DNA from: Rectinemataceae bacterium
GTDB lineage: Bacteria > Spirochaetota > Spirochaetia > Treponematales > Rectinemataceae
Length of the DNA stretch: 64,000 nucleotides
NCBI GenBank assembly: GCA_049513895.1
Contig: JBEKVO010000005.1
Coordinates: forward strand, 13,389-77,388
Direction: 5' to 3'
Shown here: piece by piece, positions 60,755 to 64,000 of the stretch
How positions within the stretch are numbered: the first letter of the stretch is position 1
Layout: each line of letters starts with the position of its first letter
The notes under the pieces: generated by a model
What the model saw: the letters and a program-made list of their open reading frames with translations, nothing else
Told to the model about the DNA's origin: nothing
Databases searched by the model: none
Translations under genes and position numbers: made by a program

Positions 60755-62143
60755 TCATCGGCCGGTAGGCCCGGTTTCCTTCTCCATAAAAGCCAGATAG
60801 CTCTTCTCGTCCAGTGGATAAAGATGGATGAGGACCATGGCGAGGACGAGGAAGACTGCGGGTATGGGCCCGATCAGGAACCGGATCGCCAGCTTGGCCG
60901 AGTCGGTCTGAACGGCGTTGGCGACGAAACCGCCGAGCGAAAGGACGAGACCCGTCGCCAGAAAGGCGATAGCCTGGCCGATCTTGGACGTGAGGAGCCA
61001 CATGCCGTAGAACGCGCCTTCCTTGCGTTTGCCCGACTTCACCGCGTCGTATTCGATCGTGTCGGGCACCATGGAATAAGGTGCGACGTAGCCGAAACCG
61101 ACGCCTATCCCCGCGTAGAGCATCATGCCGAGGAAAAATCGCGGTCCGAGACTTTGTCCGAAGAAAAAGAGCACGAGGCTTGCGGTAGCCAGTACGAAGA
61201 AACAGATTTGGTAGGTCATTTTCTTGCCGATGCGTTTGGAGACGAGGACGGAGATCGGGATACAGATCATCGCCGTCACGAGGAGGATGGCCATCGCGTA
61301 CATGATGAGGTCCTCGCGGCCGTAGATATAGCGGAAATAATAGGTGATGACGCCCTGAAGGAAGGCGAGACCGATGAGGTTGCAGGCGTAGGCGAAAAGG
61401 GCAAGCACATAGGGCTTGTTTTTGAACACGGAGGCGTAGGTCGCCAGGATGCCGCCTTCGGGCTTGGGCTCCTTCGAGTGGTCGGGCTCCCGCACCGAGA
61501 GGGCGGTGATGATCGCCGTTACGAGCATGATGCCGCCGAAGAGGAAACCCACCATCGAGAAGCCGCGGCTCTTGTCCCCGCCGTTCGCGCCGCCGAATGC
61601 GCCGAGAATGGGCTGGACGGCGACGCCGCCCAGGAGCGTCCCGACGACAGCGAACATGAATCGGTAGCCGTTGAGGCTCGATCGCTCGTTGTAGTCCTTC
61701 GTGAGCTCCGGCGTCAGGGAAGAATACGGGATATTGACGACGGAGTAGATCATGTTGAGGAGGATGAAGGCGAAGGCTCCCCACGCGACGAGGAGTTTCG
61801 GGTCGGCGATGCGCGGGTTCGTGAAGAAGAACCACATTGCGAGGAAGAGAGGCACGGAGCCGAGGAGCATGTAGGGCCTTCGGCGGCCCCACTTCGTCCG
61901 CGTTCGGTCGGAAAGGTAGCCGAGAAAGGGGTCCCAGAGGGCGTCGCATAGCTTGCCGATCATGATGACCGCGCCGGCGACGACCGCCGGGATGCCGACG
62001 GTGTCGGTGAGGTAGATCATCGCGTAGAAGCCGAGGGCGGTGAAGAATAGGTTGCCGCCGAGGTCGCAGACGCCGAATCCGAGCTTGGTCCCGACGGAGA
62101 GCCTGCCCGTCGCGACGGGCCGTTTACCGATTGCTTCGCTCAT
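60755..62143 (-). CDS. MFS transporter, glycoside-pentoside-hexuronide:cation symporter family
   Basis: 12 TM helices, LSDRTRTKWGRRRPYML (GPH family D-x-x-x-G-R-R-R-P motif). Confidence 0.8.
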   Translation of the reverse strand: MSEAIGKRPVATGRLSVGTKLGFGVCDLGGNLFFTALGFYAMIYLTDTVGIPAVVAGAVIMIGKLCDALWDPFLGYLSDRTRTKWGRRRPYMLLGSVPLFLAMWFFFTNPRIADPKLLVAWGAFAFILLNMIYSVVNIPYSSLTPELTKDYNERSSLNGYRFMFAVVGTLLGGVAVQPILGAFGGANGGDKSRGFSMVGFLFGGIMLVTAIITALSVREPDHSKEPKPEGGILATYASVFKNKPYVLALFAYACNLIGLAFLQGVITYYFRYIYGREDLIMYAMAILLVTAMICIPISVLVSKRIGKKMTYQICFFVLATASLVLFFFGQSLGPRFFLGMMLYAGIGVGFGYVAPYSMVPDTIEYDAVKSGKRKEGAFYGMWLLTSKIGQAIAFLATGLVLSLGGFVANAVQTDSAKLAIRFLIGPIPAVFLVLAMVLIHLYPLDEKSYLAFMEKETGPTGR

Positions 62144-63497
62144 CGATGTGCTCCTTGATACTGTCCATATAGCTTTTCTCGAGCGCCGATAAGGCGGAAT
62201 CCATCGCGCCTTTTCTGTCGTTCGCGTATTGGGCGTACCGCTCCGTCAGGTCGATCGGCGGAGCGATGGAGACCAGCGCGCGGCGGGCGATGACGGAGGG
62301 CCTGTCGGAAATATTGCCGCCCGTGATCCGCGACGCGAAGTCGACGGCGCTGTAGGCGGTCTCCACGAGGCGGTCGAAGGAGATGCTTTCGCCGCCGCGA
62401 GGGTAGGCCGAGTCGAGGTAGTGGCAGAGGTCGACGAACTCCATGTGTTGCATGACGTACCGGGCTTCGCCGGCCCTGCGGTCGGCGAGACGGCGCGCCA
62501 GCGACTCATCCTGAGGGAGCCCCGACTCGGGATATATCCGATCCCAGCCCTCCTGCCTGATCCTGTAGACGCGGGTGATCCTGTCGCCTTCCGGCCGGAG
62601 GCCGAAGGTGGCTTCGGCGCGCGAAAGAGCCGTCTCGAGGAGGGCGTCCAACCGCTCGTCTCGGGAGGCCGCACTCGCCGGGATGCCGTAGTAGACTTCG
62701 GCGGCGGAGATCAGCGCGAGGTCGGCGGCCTCGAGCCGCGACAGGAGGGCGGCCCTGCGTTCATCGCGTCCGAGGCCGACCGCCGACGGTCGGAGCGGCA
62801 GGCCGAGGTCGGCCTCCAGCCGCGCGACGAGGGCCTCGATCTTGCCTATGCCACCCTCGTCAAATCGGTAGTGGACCGAGATCGGGAGTACGACAACCCG
62901 TTCCGCGCGGCCGGCCGCCCGAAGTTCTTCGGCGCACCAGAAGCCCAGGCGCAGGGCGCCGCGCTCGATGCGGGGCAGGGCCTCCGAGCGGTATGAAACC
63001 TGGCCTTCCGGGGCGAGGGCGAGGGGATTGGGGCCCTCCCTCAGTATCGCGAGTATGCGCTCGACGCTCGGCTTGTCGAACTTGACGTGGTAGACGGGGA
63101 CGGCGCCCGAGCGGGGAATTATCCAGCGGGTAAACGCATCGCACCAAAGGACTAGTTCGTAGCCGTGCACGAAGCGCGCGAGAGTCGGCCCGAGGAGGGG
63201 CGCGCCCATGCCGCGCGCGATGCGCGGGAGCAAGGAGAAGACCCGGGAAAGAAGCTGGGGCTCCTCTCCGTAGGCATGGCGGAAGGCGAGGATGAGGCGG
63301 GTCCGCCCCGCTTGATGGTCCCGCCAGGCCTCGACGAGGCGTTCGGGATGGCGGTATTCGAGACCGTGCACGCGGAGAACGAAGCGGAGGTAGGCGCCGC
63401 CGAGGACGCGCGTGAGACCGACGGCAAGAGGTCTGATGCGTGATTCGGGCATGCGATGTCTGGGCAGGGCCTTGGATATCAGCTTGTGCGGCTTCAT
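62124..63497 (-). CDS. Putative acyltransferase (PlsC/GPAT-like), function uncertain
   Basis: LILAFRHAYGEEP resembles an H-x4-D/E acyltransferase block; 20-nt overlap with downstream transporter gene. Confidence 0.4.
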   Translation of the reverse strand: MKPHKLISKALPRHRMPESRIRPLAVGLTRVLGGAYLRFVLRVHGLEYRHPERLVEAWRDHQAGRTRLILAFRHAYGEEPQLLSRVFSLLPRIARGMGAPLLGPTLARFVHGYELVLWCDAFTRWIIPRSGAVPVYHVKFDKPSVERILAILREGPNPLALAPEGQVSYRSEALPRIERGALRLGFWCAEELRAAGRAERVVVLPISVHYRFDEGGIGKIEALVARLEADLGLPLRPSAVGLGRDERRAALLSRLEAADLALISAAEVYYGIPASAASRDERLDALLETALSRAEATFGLRPEGDRITRVYRIRQEGWDRIYPESGLPQDESLARRLADRRAGEARYVMQHMEFVDLCHYLDSAYPRGGESISFDRLVETAYSAVDFASRITGGNISDRPSVIARRALVSIAPPIDLTERYAQYANDRKGAMDSALSALEKSYMDSIKEHIDERSNR

Positions 63498-63532
63498 GTT
63501 TGCTCCAAGGGAGTACTTAAGGTGTTTGTACC

Positions 63533-64000
63533 CTAACGATTGCGGGGCGTGGAGGCAATACCCCTATCCTCATAGGCGTGCTTGACGGACAGAGCCACGA
63601 GCGCCGTCCGGGCGCCGGTGTACCAGAGGTCGATCAGGCGCCGGAGGGAGCTCCTCGCGTTCGCGCGCCGGATTTCCCTCAGCCTCAAATCGTAGAAAAG
63701 CTCCACCAGAAAGCCGATCTCCCGGCGGGCCCGGTGGTCGGGCAGGCTGGAGAGGGCTTTTCGGACGGCGGAGGAAGCGGAAAGGGCGAGATTGGCTATA
63801 TCGGCTGCGGCTCGAGGCTCGCCCGCGGCGAGCTCGTGATAGGCGGCAAGCCTGGCGCAATTCAGCTCGAGTATCGCTCCCGATATCGCGTATTCGGAGG
63901 CCTCGCCGCGAACCGTTCGGGTTTCGGGGGATTCCGATTCGGCTACCGCCGCCGATGCCGCCGAGAGCATCGCCTCGGCGCGGCGGAGATGTTCGAAGAG
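63533..64000 (-). CDS. Hypothetical protein, possibly 5'-truncated by the window edge
   Basis: ORF 63533..63970 with frame still open to nt 64000. Confidence 0.4.
   Translation of the reverse strand, partial: LFEHLRRAEAMLSAASAAVAESESPETRTVRGEASEYAISGAILELNCARLAAYHELAAGEPRAAADIANLALSASSAVRKALSSLPDHRARREIGFLVELFYDLRLREIRRANARSSLRRLIDLWYTGARTALVALSVKHAYEDRGIASTPRNR

Overview
High-GC bacterial chromosomal segment, probably from a member of Spirochaetota. That inference rests on a FlaB-type flagellin, FlgG/FlgF rod genes and a spirochaete-style large LepB. About 65 protein genes are mostly housekeeping. They include lepB, a hybrid histidine kinase, an ArsR/P1B-ATPase metal module, pyk, ygiQ, leuA, rsmG and an fkp-ugd-UXS nucleotide-sugar cluster. 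Also present are flagellar rod genes, pyrG, lptCAB, tatD, dusB, dnaX-ybaB-recR, tam, flaB, an mlaEFD-like cluster, mtfA, a GAF-GGDEF cyclase and a GPH transporter. RNA genes found by reading the sequence are a five-tRNA array (all four tRNA-Ser isoacceptors plus tRNA-Arg GCG) and, directly after it, a small SRP (4.5S-type) RNA upstream of dnaX. No rRNA and no CRISPR array were seen. The clearly foreign part is an AT-richer stretch at about 42.6-47.4 kb. Its core (44.4-47.6 kb) is bracketed by a duplicated ~70-nt terminator-like palindrome plus a second repeat and ends in a decayed IS256-family transposase relic. That core carries a tightly coupled ABC-type ATPase + small TOPRIM-like gene pair (45081-46855), a split-OLD/PARIS-like architecture. 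I consider this pair the best candidate for an uncharacterised anti-phage system. Other notable signals: (1) a Leu-rich leader peptide with terminator/antiterminator upstream of leuA; (2) an E. coli-like A AAA AAG slippery site with an immediate -1 frame stop inside dnaX; (3) a HEPN-MNT module wedged beside the flagellar rod genes; (4) an orphan yqeB-yqeC selenium-cofactor pair coupled to a methyltransferase; (5) two ORF-poor, highly structured GC-rich gaps (7.8-8.4 kb and 42.1-42.6 kb) that I could not assign to any RNA family. Many long antisense ORFs in the track are GC-content artefacts.
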